A DNA stretch of 64,000 bases from contig JAQGDQ010000722.1 in assembly GCA_030141605.1 (NCBI GenBank), positions 1 through 64,000 of the forward strand. Reading direction: 5' to 3'. This DNA is from Tubiluchus corallicola. Taxonomy: Eukaryota; Animalia; Priapulida. This document shows, in pieces, positions 28,236-43,419 of this stretch. Both the position numbers and the translations under genes were made by a program. Within the stretch, counting starts at the first letter, position 1. Each line of letters begins with the position of its first letter. Under the pieces are notes generated by a model. It was not told where the DNA came from and did not search any database. It was given only the letters and a program-made list of their open reading frames with translations.

Positions 28236-29690
28236 CGGAAACTGACATATTTTAAAGCAAAATTACAAGCAATTTGGAGAATTTCTGAATCAAATGAGCC
28301 TAATAGTAATTTTAGTTCGTCATCATCTAATAAGTAAGTAAAGTTTGGATATATAGAGCAAATTTTCGTATAAAGGGTGTTTTTTAGTTGTTCGTATCTA
28401 CGACAGTGCAAGAGCAAATGTTTCGTCTTCTATTTCTTGTTTGTTTGAGTCGCATCGTGTCTTTCATTGGCTGGTATTTTGTTGGGTTTGTGATGTCTAC
28501 CGGTTTCTATTGCAAGTAAGTGGGCTATTGCTATTAGTATACGTAGTTTTGTGAAAGCAATTTTAGCATTGCGGGTTTCAGTAATTTGTAAGTAATTTTC
28601 GAATTCGTAGTGTTCTTTAACTTTGCCGTAGGTTCTTAATATCTTTCCATCATTGTTATTAGTGCCATGTGTTCTGTTAATTTCTTCCGTCCATTTTTTG
28701 AGATATATATTTTGGAGCTTCTGTTTAACACTGTATAGTAAGCATTTGTTGCTTACAGTTTCTTGGTTTTCCCATAAATGATCGAAACCCATTAAGCTCA
28801 ATACACCTTTCACAAATTTTGCCCAGCTGAATATATTGCTGTTTGATTGACTTAAAAATTCTGAATAAATCTGTTTAATGAGAGATGTGCTAGATTTGCT
28901 GATTATTTGTAGCCAGTAACTTATTACATTATGTATTATGTCTATTCTTAAAGGGTACTGTCCAAGTTCAGCTCGTACTGCGTCTTTTACTGATTTATTA
29001 TTAACATTTAGTATATATCTGCACAATTTTAGGTTGAGGTCTTCAATACATATTTTGTCATACACATTTGATAGGTTAGACTGTAAAGCGTGTTGAAAAT
29101 TTGCAATGTATGGTCCCCAAACTGCGCTGCCATAAAGTAATATAGGTTTAATTTGGGAATTAAATAGGTTTATTGTTATTTTAGGTGGTAAATTATAGTT
29201 TATTAGTTCAGCTCTTAGTATATTAGGCCTTTGTCTTTTAGTTCTTGCACTGACTGCTCTAAAAGATCCGTAGTTGTAAAATTTTACTCCGAGGCATTTG
29301 TATTGTTTGACTACTTTAATTTGTTCTGATCCGCATTGATAAGTTTGGTTAAAAATTATCAGTTTTATTGAAAACGATAATTTTTGTTTTGTTTGTATTT
29401 ATTGCAAGATCCCATTTGAAACAATAGTCTGAGTGTATTTTAAGTTAGTTTTTTACAATTTCTGACTTTGATGTTAAAACAATGTCATCGGCATACATGA
29501 GGCAGGCGATTCTTTCATTTTGTATCATAATTGGGTCACACGTATCATTAAACTGGTTAGGGAAATCGTTCAAAAACAGCGAGAATAATGTTGAGCTCAA
29601 TACACACCCTTGTTTGTATATACATAAAATGGAACTGTATACCTTTTTGAATTCAAACTGATTTGCTGTAGAGACTATAGACACATGTCG
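27930..29690 (-). mobile_element. degraded LINE 3' half from a second family (RTE-X/L2-like): RT plus C-terminal region
   Basis: KQGCVLSSTLFSLFLND, CLMYADDIVL (29445-29684); LLYGSAVWG; AVRAELGQYPL..KLR..HLLAIETGRH (28430-29065); LLHCRRY (28229-28417); (TA)n at 28192-28229. Confidence 0.87.
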
Positions 29691-31529
29691 TATGAGAGAT
29701 CTAATAGAGCTTCCAGCTTGGAATATCTACCTGTTCAGGGAATATTATTATTACGGTGATTTGTAATATTTCTCCAAAACTTATAAGGTGTCTCATTAAA
29801 TGAACAAATAGCAAAATTATCACTACAAATAGTCAATTCTTGTGCACGGTAATTCCTGAGGGCAAGCTTAAAATTAGATTGAGTACCGCCATATCTTCAA
29901 ATATCTCACTCTGGCGGGGTCAATTCTGCATCTTCCATTACTTTACGAGCAGCTAATTATTCCAAAACTGGTGATAACCGATTGCTTGTGTGCTGTTGCC
30001 AGTCTAGTTGGTCTAGTGTCTCACTTCAGTTATTCAAAATTGATGAAGAGCGAGGCTACAGTTATGAAAGAACAGCTCTCCTAGAAAGTCACTCTTCGCT
30101 TTTGATTGTTCTCGAGGATGTGTTTTCGTATCTTTTGATTCAATGGGGTTTGTAATCATTTATTGTGATATCTTCAGTGAACCTGTCTTTCATTAAGAAG
30201 CAGTTGGTGCGATTTTGCTTAACTATGGTCACCATGCACATGCCGTGACCAGTTGGCTATCAGCCTCACCTAACATAGCATTTTGAAATAATTCGTCAGA
30301 AATCACGCTGCTACAATACACCCTACTCGAAGCAGCGTTTTCAAAACTCACCCATTAATTGGTCAGACATCGACTCATTAATATCATTGGTATAATCAAA
30401 TTATGACACATTAAAATGACATGGTGTAATTGCATAATATAAGCATTACTCATTGTGAATGCATGGCCTACATTGTGGTGATGGATATTGAGTAAAATGT
30501 GTTTGCAGCTTCGTATTAATTGCTCAGCTGGGAAACAGCAGTTATCAAACCATCACTAATCATAATGTTGTAAATGCATACAGAAACAGAAAGCAGTTGT
30601 TAATTTTATGAACACACTTGTGATCTTATTGATCTGAGAGATACGGTTTTGTTTCAAAGGACTTTATTATTATCACAAAAAAGTAATTGAGTCTGGAAAA
30701 CTGGCAATGCTAGAAAGCGCAGACTCTCCGTCCCCTCTGTCTCCTTCTCTTTCTCTATTTCCTTCTCTCTTTTAAATGGTAAATAATATTGTCAAATGAG
30801 GTAGCAATGAACCTGTCAGACTCATAGACTTCGCATCTTTAACACCTTGTGCCACAATATTTCATGCTCTCCATGATAATAAATCTAGTTTCACGTTTAA
30901 GAGACTTTCTCCAATACCTTCTGTGTAGGTCCCTTGGTTATTTTGGATGACTGTTTCCTGGAAGTTTCCCTCTGTTAAACTATCGATGCTGCAGGCAAAT
31001 TGCAGAATACGTGGCAGTAGTTTTGGAAGTGAAAAAACTTTCAGCAAGTAATTATGTGAAAAACGGAACCCTACTTGTACTTGCTACAACTTCAGCTACA
31101 ACTGGGAATATGGTAATATATGGGAATATTATGATTGCCTTACCACATCATACAACATTCTGACCTGGAACGAGCTGCTTATTATAAACAAGATTGCATA
31201 GATTTTTAACTAGATTTTATGGCTGGTAGCGTATTAAAACATTTACTGTAAAATAATCACATTAGTGCTTCAACCATAGCGAGTAATTAAACCCAGTGAT
31301 AACATTATATTGTAATTAGGCTAAAGCTTTTGATTAATTAACCCAAATGCTCTTTCGAGGATTACTTTATGTAATTGAGATATTTATAAAATTTATTTTG
31401 ATCAACGCCCCAAGCGAATGGACATACAGAGAGAGAGTTGCAAAAGCCGCTCTTGCTACAGAAAATAGTGTCAATACTCATAATTTAACGAATCGCCAGC
31501 GACGCAATTGTTCTCCAACGTCGTGTTCG

Positions 31530-31561
<32 letters not shown>

Positions 31562-32559
31562 TCATTATCATCGTCGTCATCGTCATTATCTTTAACATCA
31601 CTATAATTTACATTATATTCCCCCTCCTGCTCCTTTTCCTCCTCTTCATCGCTGTTGCCATCGCTGCGGCTGTCACTATTGCCTCCTGTTGCAATCGCTA
31701 TCACCATAGATGTTGTAGTTCACCAGTGCTATCACTGTTGCCATCATAGTTCTGATCTTACTTGATGCTTAGAAGATTATTGCTTACGTCTCAAAAGAGT
31801 AAAAGACAAAAGCTCTGATGTTATTGTGAACATTATAAAAGGGAGCGCCTGTGAAGTTATGATGTAATCAATGACTAACCTCCATATCCAAGCAGCTGTA
31901 ACTGACACATGCAGTAGCACTTCGATCTAAGCGTATCAGGCTTTGAATAGTAATCCTTTTCTTCAAACTTTTTGGCGAAAACCAGTAAACTAGAGTCGAC
32001 CGCTTTCCCGCTGACATTAAATCGCTTAAAGGCTATAAGACAGACCGATTAAAAACAATAACTTCTCATCAAAGGAGACAATTGTTGACGGGGCTGAGTG
32101 CAAATTTATATTAACCAGCAAAGTGATTTGGTAAAATAGTACCACGAATTACAGAGTTTTCCATTTATTAAATAGAAATAAACGGGGATGGAGGGCCAAC
32201 TGATGCACAGATGAATAATGAGAAGCCATGAAATAAAGAGGACAATCATATAAAGCATAGAAAAACACACTGGGTGAGCCAGGGAAGCCTAAAAATTACC
32301 AAATGAATCATTGCCGTCCTAGACATGAATCTCAGGAAGTCCCGAAATCAACAAGTTGGTCGTGGAAAGCTTAGAATTGAACAGTTTATCCGCCGGGAGT
32401 AAAGAAAGGAGCATGTGAACGGTAGGAAGGCTAGAAAGAAAAAGTGAATCACAAGACGCATGGAATCGTTAAATATTAGAATCACTGAGTCAAGAAATGA
32501 AAAGGTACATCACAAGATGCATAGTGCATAGGCGAATCATAGGAAGCCCTGAAATGCAC

Positions 32560-33180
32560 AAATGAATCATAACACTTCTAGTAATGCACAGGTGAATAGC
32601 TGTGTAGACCACAAGTTATTCAGCAGTGGTGTTATATGGATCATAGTCATAGTCTTTATTGGAAGTAATGAGTATTGCTGCTTGATTTTTAGCGTATTGT
32701 AGTAATGAGTATTGATCATCAAGGAGACCAAAAAAAGGGAATTATGGTAATCGAATCGAGACGTAATAAGCGCGACTGTATTTTTCGGCGTAAGAACTTG
32801 GTACAAAATTTTTCATATAGGTTCCGCAATTAGAAGAATGATTTCTTACAATTGTTAGAGATGCACAATAGCTGGGTTTCTGCCTCCTTCAAAATCGCCA
32901 ACCCGCAAAGTTGTTAAAGCGAGGTGAACACACTGACCTTTACGGCGGTTAACTAAACACTCAATTTAGGAATCGTTTAAAAGTTTCGCATCTGTTTTGA
33001 ACTTTTGCGGTCGCCACAGGTAATATGTCGCCCTTTCAGGCTGAATAGTTTAGCATTAAAATACGATTAGGTTTTAAGTGGTTAAGATGCCTCTGCTAGT
33101 TCAAGTCTAAGTTTAGACGATTATTTTCGACAATACAGACCGAAATATCAGTTCTACCATACCATTAACATAATTAAGTA
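32560..33180 (-). mobile_element. L2/CR1-type LINE relic
   Basis: VALITSRFDYHNSL (cf. ALVTSRLDYCNSL) and HITPLL in ORF 32567-32806. Confidence 0.65.
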
Positions 33181-33271
33181 GGCTCTACTGTTGATTTATT
33201 TGGTATAGCGCTTGGAATTTGCTGAAATTTAAATTTCACACAATTACGTTGCAGTTTCAAAACTTTTAGTA

Positions 33272-33860
<589 letters not shown>

Positions 33861-34664
33861 AATACCTCACTTATTGGTTTGGATCCCTTCTCTATTTTAA
33901 TTTCGTTATAACGAATTATTTGCAGTCGCTCTATTGTCTGCCAGCTGACGTCACGGTAATATTTCTACGTCATCGCGTACTTGTGGTCGCACTACAATGT
34001 AGACAGTACAATTATGCTGATTTAAAATTTTCAAGTTGCGATTTGGATATTGTCTCCTTGCAGTTGTAAAACGTTGATCAACATTTACTCAGTGGGAAAA
34101 CGTGCCATTACGGGTTTAATACAGTAACAACACTCCAGCAAGAATTAATGACATTATTTGCTGCACAATTCAATTCAGTTTCAATACTGAAATAATTATT
34201 ACGTTATGAGTAGCGCAATAATCTATTATAATAGCCATATCAGTAACAAAAAGCTAGCAAAAAGTGATACAGAGCACATTTACTGATGTAGCTGTTCAAA
34301 ATATAACAACTTTTCATATTTTTTATATTATTCGTTCTCTCGATTTTTGCTTCTGAATATAGAAACACGATTACTAGCAATTCGATCGATGTCCTATATA
34401 TATTGTCTTATAATACGTTCATTTTCTGTGTGATACCTATGCTTAATAGCGTCGTAAATAATTGAAAGTGTATAAACGTCTGTTGTGCAGATATTAAATT
34501 ATTTAACAATAAGAGCAAGTGGGCAGATTTTTATCTGCTTTAGAATAAAGACTTGAACTCAGCTTAGCTTACTTAGAAGAAAATTGATTTATTGTGTGTT
34601 GTCTTTTGTCTTTTGTTAAATTCTTTTGTCAGCTTTTGGATACAGTATTTTACTAAAATGAGAC

Positions 34665-34935
34665 AAAGAAAGGAATGAAAAGGAAAGGAAGGGAAAGAAA
34701 AGGAAGAAGAAAAGAAAAGAAAAAGGAAAAGAAGAGGAGAAAAAAGTAAAGAAAGGTAAAGAAGAGAACTGAAAAGAAAAGAAAAGAAAAGAAAAGAAAA
34801 GAAAAGAAAAGAAAAGAAAAGAAAAGAAAAGAAAAGAAAAGAAAAGAAAAGAAAAGAAAAGAAAAGAAAAGAAAAGAAAAGAAAAGAAAAGAAAAGAAAG
34901 GAGAGAAAATAAAATTAAAAAGAAAAAAATGAAAT
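34665..34935. repeat. (GAAAA)n pentanucleotide microsatellite within a purine tract
   Basis: gaaaa repeated from 34771 to ~34898. Confidence 0.95.
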
Positions 34936-35364
34936 GAAAAGACGCAGTCAATCCACGAGGTAAAGATATTGTGGAAGTCTTGATCGGCGAGATCGTTAAG
35001 AACTTGCTCAAAGTACTGCTCACCCGGAAAACTTTCAGCTATGCGAAAGTTTCCGAGGCTCTTTCAAGCATCTTAAATCACACTTGCACTTTCTTGCATT
35101 TAAATGAAAAAGTTTTGGATGCGCCCAGACGCCTTCTGCGTGCTTTTGAAAACAAAGCGCATTTCTATATAAGGATTTTTATATATACAGCCAGTTTCTC
35201 TTAGACCCGATCCTATTGCCGCTTAAACAAGAGCGCATTATTAGAATACTTTTTATTGGTATCTTCTCACGATTCAATTATTGTCTTAGATTTTAAAAAA
35301 AACTTTTTTCATATTTCTTGTACCCCTTGTACCAGCAATAACATGATGTCTCTTTTCAACAATT

Positions 35365-35610
35365 AATAACAGCAGCAGCAGCAGCAACAGTGGCATTGGC
35401 AACGATAGGACAACGGCAGCAGTAGTAGCAATAGTAATAAGAACAGCAACAGTAGTGGCAAGAACAATAGCAGCAGCTGCAACAACAACAACAACTACGA
35501 CTACGGCAGCTGCAACTGCAACGGCAGTGGAAGCAGCAGTAGTAACAATGACAACAATAGGAACAGCTAGAGCGAGAATGATAATGGCGGCGACAACGAA
35601 AACGACAAAG

Positions 35611-35668
<58 letters not shown>

Positions 35669-35680
35669 CTACTACTACTG

Positions 35681-35756
<76 letters not shown>

Positions 35757-35830
35757 AACCGACAACAACCAACACGACGACGACGACGATGACAACAACA
35801 GTAACAGCAAGAAAAACAGCAACTATAGCA
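35365..35830. repeat. compound trinucleotide microsatellite (CAG)/(CAA)n/(CTA)n/(CGA)n
   Basis: caa run ~35612-35667; cta run ~35669-35755. Confidence 0.95.
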
Positions 35831-36549
35831 ATAACAAAAATAATGCAATCTCTGATTGAGGAATAGTTGCTAAATTTTTATTTGAGTGCGACCTACATAA
35901 AACAGATGGTGTATTTTATATAATTTACGTAGTCTACATATACTGCAATAGCAGTGGGAACAACAGCAGTAACGACAATGACAACGACAAATGTCGTAAA
36001 ATCTTTGGCATATCTCTTTTTCGACATCTTCGTCGTTCAAAATGAATAGGACAGTTTAACAAGATGGGTTTATTGATGTTCTTGCCAAGCTCGTGACGCA
36101 TCTTAGCCTGTGTTTGCTTAAAATACCAAACAATACACGCGTATGCGTATACCTATTTGCGTTTGTTGTAGCTGTATTGCGTGCACTTAATGTAATTACC
36201 TGATCAAATTCCTTTCCTAGATAAGTGCAACCATGATTGTCCTTTGACACGAAAATGGTCACTTTCAACGCTCAAGATAAAAGTTCCCAAAATCCAGAAA
36301 ATTATCGGTGGACATCGGTGATTGGATAATTAAGTTAAGGATACCATCTTGTAGTTCCCAGGAGCTAAATAATAATTGTTCTCTTAAACACTAGTAAGGA
36401 AAATCTAAGAATATATGCGTGCCTAGACAGTAAGATTTCTTCAAACACACGAGCACAACTTGGTGGTCATTTCAGAACTGAAGCAATATGAAGAACGCTG
36501 AAATTAATCGTATAAACGCATGAAATCAATATTAAACTGTACGTAGTAA

Positions 36550-36640
36550 ACCTGAAAAAGTTTTGCACCTCCACTTGGACTCAAACCCAGGCCTTCTGCT
36601 ATTTGGGCGCCATGCTAGGCACTGCACCACTGAGGTACCC
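36550..36640 (-). mobile_element. tRNA-derived SINE head (same family as 63590-63685)
   Basis: Reverse complement reads GTGGTGCAGTGCCTAGCA..AGCAGAAGGCCTGGGTTTGAGTCCAAGTGGA (A- and B-box-like). Confidence 0.55.
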
Positions 36641-37614
36641 TACCTTTCATGCTTATTCCTAGTTCACATGGTCCTACAAAACACAGGCAGTCAAAAGAAT
36701 GACATTCAAAACAGTGAACTCTGTCCGCGTGATCAGCTTTCACTGACCGTTACATTGCACACAACTACTCGTCGAAGGGAGGGGAGGGGGTGCTCTCTTT
36801 ATTTCTCAAATAACGCTAAAACGGTTTATATGAAAACGAGTTTTGTTTTAGCACGTGCTGCAAATGAAAAATTAAAGCAAAGAAAAAAACTTCGGCAAAG
36901 GTATGAAACAAGAACTTATTGTCAAGTATTTCGGGAATTAAAAGCAAAAGAGCAAGTGAATTTTTAAATTACATTCGGATAACAGTAGGTATGTTCTATT
37001 ACAAGACAAATTTTCACCTCTAGATAATGCAGAAAGAGCAGGTTGTAAAAGCACCATAGCTTTCGCTTTTGCAGGTTAGTTGGCTCAATATAACCGCAAG
37101 TAGCTGTACATTTTCTTGAGTAAGCATACAAATTTTACTATAAATTCCGTAGTCTGTCTCCATCTTCATTCAGTCATTCGTACGGAAAGTTTTGCACTCA
37201 TGCACGAACTTATAAACTACAGACGCTTTTTGTTAATAATTCGTTTTTAGTTGGCATCGCTATACTATTGTCATGAAGACGGATTTTGACTAACCCCGCA
37301 TTGTTAGTAATGAGTATGGTTGAAAAGCCCAATACCTGTATAAAGCAGAATGCACGCCATAATTTGACGATTCCAACCTGGCTTTCTGACTGCAAAGGTG
37401 GCTAATTTATATACTAAAGTCTGTTCACATGTCATTCTTTTTGAGCTACTGGTTATGCAATAAAGTTTATTTTACACTCGTATTCCGGATCTTTTAACTT
37501 TTTCCGTCTGCTGTAATATTTCATAACTTGTATGCCACTTTATACATTCTGAGACCGCGATGGACCCCGGATTTGTTACAGTGTAAATGCATGAGCTCTT
37601 CCAGCTGAGTCACG

Positions 37615-38240
37615 ACTGACAGAGCGCTATCGCTAGCTTGATGTTGTGCTATTCCAAGCTTAATATAGCACTGTCCTTTGCTGACATAGCTTGATATACC
37701 ACTATTCATGAAACTTGAATGGCTTTCAAATTCCACAAAGTCCTTCGACAATGAAAAACGGAGGGCCTATTAGAAATTTACTCCAAGCTGTAACTTAGTT
37801 AACAGTTTTGATACTTCGTTTAGCGTTTCATTTTAATATTTTATCTTTTTTCTCTGCAACAGAAAGAACACTTTCAGTATTACTGGATAAAATGAAGCTG
37901 CCAAGTTTTTAAAATCACTTACGTAAGAGCAAAGTTCCAAGTATACTTAATATAGCTTGATATACTTGATAATTAACTTGATGCGATAGCACAATTGTGC
38001 TATTCTTAGCTTAATATAGCACTATTCTTTACTGACAGCGCTATTCTTAGCTTGATATACTACTACTCTGAGCTTGATATACCACTATTTTTAAGTTGAT
38101 GTATTACGTTTCTCAGCTTGATATATTCCTTTCTTAGATTGATATACGCTGTATTCTTAGTATAATACAGTGCTATTCTTAGCATGATATAACACTAACC
38201 TTAGCTTAATATAGCACTACTTAGAGCTTGATGTAGCTTT
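37615..38240. repeat. degenerate ~22-bp minisatellite (agcactattcttagcttgatat), two blocks
   Basis: Units at ~37615-37710 and ~37945-38240. Confidence 0.75.
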
Positions 38241-38559
38241 TTAGATGTTAGGAAAATTCAAAATTGAAACGAAATTACTATAGCTCAACGAGGTGGCCTC
38301 ATTGCTTAATGACATAGCTAACGTAGATGATTGGGCACTTCTAACTGGCCATCGAAAATTTGAATAATAATCTTTGTCCCATGAAGATATTTGAGAGTAA
38401 ATGTTATCTTGTTGAAATAAGAAAAATCTCGTGTATATCTAAATAAAGTTTCATATTCGCTCACGTTGAATGAAGCGAGTTTTCATTACGACCGATCGAT
38501 TTTAATGTTTACGTTGTACAATAGAATGCATCGAAAGCGGCGGACCAACTCTGGAAGCG

Positions 38560-38674
38560 GACAAGAGAAAACGAGAGAAGAAAAGCAGGAGACAGAGAAA
38601 GAGAGGGAGAAGAAGAGGGAGAGAAAAAACTAGTGAAAAAGGAAAAGGGAAATAAAAAAGAAAGAGAAAAGATA

Positions 38675-38730
<56 letters not shown>

Positions 38731-38790
38731 GGGAGAGGAGAGAGGAAAAGCCAGAAAAAGAAGGAGAGAGGAGAGAAAGAAGGTGAAAAA
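38560..38790. repeat. purine tract with (GA)n core
   Basis: GA repeats ~38678-38728 within an A/G-rich tract. Confidence 0.9.
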
Positions 38791-41304
38791 ATATTGTGAT
38801 GATGACGGCTCTGACGATGGCAATGGTCAACAAGAATCAAAATGATACCAGTCTACTGAAATAACTAGATAATCTGCTGAGGTAAAACTAGGTGTGCATT
38901 AAGGTCTTATACATCCCAACAAAAGACTGAAGTCAGCACGCCTTATTGAGGTGAATATAAAACTCGCTACCGAGTATCCTAGCGGGAATGTAAATGCGAA
39001 GGATGGCAATAAGACAGAGCTGCCAATCAGGTAAATCTTTTATGAAGCGTTAATTGCTGTTTACGGGCGAATAGCTGCTTGCTCAAAATCATTTTCAGCA
39101 TGTCGAGCTGGAGGCGTACGAAGCTAGATAGTTTCGGGGCACCCATTAGATTTGATAAAACAAGAGTAAAGTGGACGACGTAAACTTGTAATGATATGGA
39201 CACAAATAATATATAACAATTATTTATCAAGTGCTATATGTATATATAATTAGGTCTTATTTGTATCAATGTCAAATCAACGTTAAATTACGCAGTTTCC
39301 GAATAATACAGAAATATACATTCACAAAGACTTTTTGCATCGGTTATATAATTTGTCCAAATTTCAAATAATCATTAGCAAATTACAATTTAGCTTTAGC
39401 AGTTCTGTATTATTTTTGTCTATAATAAATTTAAATTCGTTGTCATATGCGTAACTCTTTGCGTAATTTTATAAACAAGAACAAGCCGTAGCAGAACGAA
39501 GATTTTTGCATGAATTTTGCATAATTATGGTTTCTATCTTGTCTGCGTAGGCGTTTTAATCCAGGCAAAATACATGGTTTATTAACACAGGGCGATTATT
39601 TGTGACGTCGGCTGCATTGTAATGAGGAAAGGAACATTATGTACGACACCTGTTAATCTGTACGTTCGCGCGCTATTTTTGTGTTTAATCGATTTACATA
39701 AACTTTTAATTTCGTTCATTTATCACCGTTGTAGGTGACTAAAGTGCACCTGCTTAGTTTTTGGGTTTATTTAAGCAAGATCGTTTTTGCTAGCATCCAC
39801 TGGCATTGTTATAGCATCAAAATTGTTACGAATACGTTTTACTACATTTTTACAAACATAGCTCTAAAAATATAGCAAAATGAGTACACGATTATTTTTC
39901 GATATACAATTGATACTGGATGCTAAAGAAGAACTACTTGTTTAATTAAACATTATATTTAATGCTTAAAGTGTCAGATTTTATTCGATTTTTTTAGTTT
40001 AAATAGTTACTTCTCTTGCGTTTCTTATCATGCTTCAGCTAAATTATAAATTAATGATGCTCTCATACATGGATTTTTATATTTTATTTGATGCCTATCT
40101 CCGTTTTAGAACATTTCGCGTTTTCTTCGTAGAACGTTTTTCTACATTGAGGGAGGGCGTGTATATTCTTTGAGCTTCAAATACAGTGTACCATTTCAGA
40201 AGGTTATTGCTTATGATGAGCTAGATTCCGATCTCGCCACAACTATCAAGTTTGAATTAGACGTGTCGCTGAGTGCTTAATTCCAGCTTCGAGTTTAGCT
40301 GAAGTAGAGAAAACATGTGCTATAATAATTTTTACTGCTATCGGTGAAACATGAGCTAATTCTAATTTTGATTGTAATTAAATTTAATTAAACAAAATTA
40401 ATTCGAACAAATTCTACATCTTTAAACCCAATTTATTGTATGACAAGTAATTAAGCAGTAATAAAACTGAATGCAATTTCTTGAACTTATTATAGATAGT
40501 TGTTAACAGTTAAATAGGTAAACATCTTGAAGCAACTGGTAGGGGTTAAAAAATTAAAAAAAGATTTTTGCTGGAATCTAATGTGATACCTGAATGATAA
40601 AACCATGATAAAAAAAATCTGAGAAAGGGCAGGACAGGGAATAGGGAATAGTGAAGCGAGATGAAGGAGATTCTTTTCGAAGTTCGAGGTTTTGTTATAA
40701 TAAAATGTTTATTGTTGCTGTTTCTAAGTGGTGTAAACTGCGCGGGTGAGATTTGTTGCTCATAGAAACCCTTTCGCTTTGCCGATTTGACGTCATCAGA
40801 GCTAACTTAAACATAGAGAAGCTATTAAATTGCGAAAATAGCATTATTGCGAAATAGCGTGTAAAAAGTGAACAGTTTTAAACATCTAGTCTGCAACTGA
40901 CAAGGAATAACATCACTTTTTCTTAGCGGAAAAATTTAAGCTGAGGCTTTTGACTTGACCAGGGCCAAGTCAAGGTAAGAAGCTACGACAGAACGGAGCA
41001 AACGTGAATACAGAAAATATGAATCCCTGTAAACTATTTGCTAGTTATTGAAGATACCTGGTAACGTTCTTTTTGAAGCCAGTCGCGTAATTTTCTAGTA
41101 AAGGATTGCACAGACAAAAAGCCCTAGGGAAAGGGATTTATAAGCAGCTGTTCTGCATATTGGAATTACTACGGGAAAAATGTGAAAAGCCGCTACAGCA
41201 AAGCAGCACTCCAAACAAGTTGCTGTCCTAACATAACTTTGACCATTTATTACTTTTAAAAACAAAAAATAGCGAGTCACCTTTTTCAGATTGAGTCGAC
41301 AGTT

Positions 41305-41425
41305 AACAAAGGTATACCACAGGGCAAAATGCTAGGCCCTATGTTTGTTTGTTTGTTTGTTTTAATAATGTATCTAAGGTCTTACTACACTCAAATATTA
41401 CAGAATACGCTGATGACAGTGGATT
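41305..41425 (+). mobile_element. small CR1/L2-type RT relic
   Basis: GIPQGKMLGPMF (41311-41346) and EYADDS (~41403-41420). Confidence 0.55.
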
Positions 41426-43181
41426 CGATATTAAATTCACGTGGCTAATGAGACTATTCAAACTGCGCATAAATACTACTTCAAAGAGATATACAAAAAA
41501 GATATACAAAGTATAAATATGGTATTTAATAACTATAAATAGAAAATGATTATTAACGATATTATTGAATTTATGAAATTTATGATATTATTACCCTCCT
41601 TAAATGCCAATGATCATTTACTGCTCTCGGATAGGAAACACAATAATCGAACAAAATAATATTCCGAAGATAATATACGTGTATATCCAAAACTGGCATC
41701 ATATAAACCATATCTCCGTCAAGTTAAGGGACAACTAACGCAATAAACTAAAACACCAATCTTTGAAACCCTAATTCTGACACGCTTCTTACAAGTGCAG
41801 AACACTAAGTGCACAATTGATTCTTCTTCCAAAATTATACTCAAAGATTAATTGCTATGAGGGTAAGGCAAGTAGACAAAATGAAAGCGTTTGCCGCTAA
41901 CCTATCCAAAAATGAGCTGTAACTTATAAAACTTTTACCATCAAACTCAAAATATAAGCATTACTTTTAGCTTACTCAATAAGTATATTCTTTACGTGCT
42001 GTGTGAAAATCTGGGAAAATTCTCTACGAATTGGTTGCGTCTTGCAAAATGGTTGTAAAATGCCTTGCTGACTAGCGAATAAAATAAATTAATGTTGCTG
42101 ATATCATAAATTTGCTATAATGGAAATGGACGGGGCGTGAAAAATCTGAAGTAAAAACATTAATGGCGTGAGATATTGAACTCTGGTCTGTAGCACAATT
42201 ATAGACTACGAGTTTTAGACGACTGCGAGTAGCAGCGGAGAAGTGTTATCAATTATCTTGCGATGTTGTCTTATAGCTTAAAAACTGGCAACGTTTTAAT
42301 TATTGTAATAATTTAGAAGTTTAGAATTTCATTTTTATTTTATTTCAGTACGAGAATAAATAATATAATGAAATGGAAATAAACATACAGAAAAATATGT
42401 TCGAAGGTGAACGAATAAAGTAAATAGTAAATGAAATAAAAGGGGTGCTATAAAAATACAATTACTTTACGAGCATTCAAAATCAAAAAACTGTGCTTTG
42501 CAACAGAAGTATTAAAAGTGCCACGTATGTAAAATGTTTGTTAAATGTAAAGGACTTTGGAGGCTAAGCGCATAAAAAATTGTGTCCTAGAAAGACTGCT
42601 TTTGTATCTTGTATTAATGCTTAATTGGTGCAAATTTGTTGCTCGGTTTTTTGTTTGACAAACTGCTGTTTGAACCAAAAAAACGGCAAACTGCTGTTTG
42701 AACCAAATGCCAAAAAATTACTTATTTGAGTAGAGAAATTTAAGACTTTAAAGCACTTGGCTTTGCAATGATGGCTCAAAGTCCTCTTAGCTAACAGTAT
42801 TTTTCTACTAAACGATATTAATGCTTCTAAATCGATATTCAAAGTATTCTTGAAAAAAAGTTTGCATCCATCAGCTTAACCGAACGTTTTTGCTATAAAT
42901 GTCGACGCATCTGTATGTTAATACACCTAGAAACGTATTTACGCAATAAACGATTAGATTAGAATAGATTAGATTGCAGTATTAAGCCATGTAAAGAATA
43001 TAATTTAGTCGTATGAATGGTTTTAAAATGTAATTCTATGGAAAATAGAATTCTTGTAGAAACTTTGCTAGCCATGGTAGTTAAAACGTAGCCAACCTAG
43101 GACAATAATTGTGCGAAAACAGGAAAATGCTAATAAAAGCAAGATAGCAATACCACCCAAGTACTAACTGAGCATACTTAC

Positions 43182-43185
43182 CCAT
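43182..43185 (-). CDS. Gene C, candidate first coding exon (ATG G only)
   Basis: aaaATGG|GTAAGT: good initiation context, consensus donor at 43181, and the phase 1 that exon 23903-24137 requires (G|GA = Gly, giving MGKIETYVLLLW...). Weaker alternative ATGA|GTAATG near 30460-30463. Confidence 0.55.
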
Positions 43186-43419
43186 TTTAAGAATGTATGT
43201 CAACCGGTTGCCGTATTGCAAGCTTTATCTGCACGACCACAAGTAGTTTGACAACCGCAAACTATTTCCCAACTGTGAATTTGAATTCTTGGCTTCAAAT
43301 AGCTATAAATATTATAATTTTCTGCAGCAAAAAGTTTTGTCTATAGATATGCTATCCTACTTTGTAATAATCGGCAGTACTTATAACGTTTGACGTGTTA
43401 TTATTTTAGAGCAACGTAT

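Noticed and set aside
31135-31200. TATA-like box with ATG..TG|GTAAGG as first exon of gene C
   Set aside because: Its ATGs give phase 0 or 2; exon 23903-24137 needs phase 1
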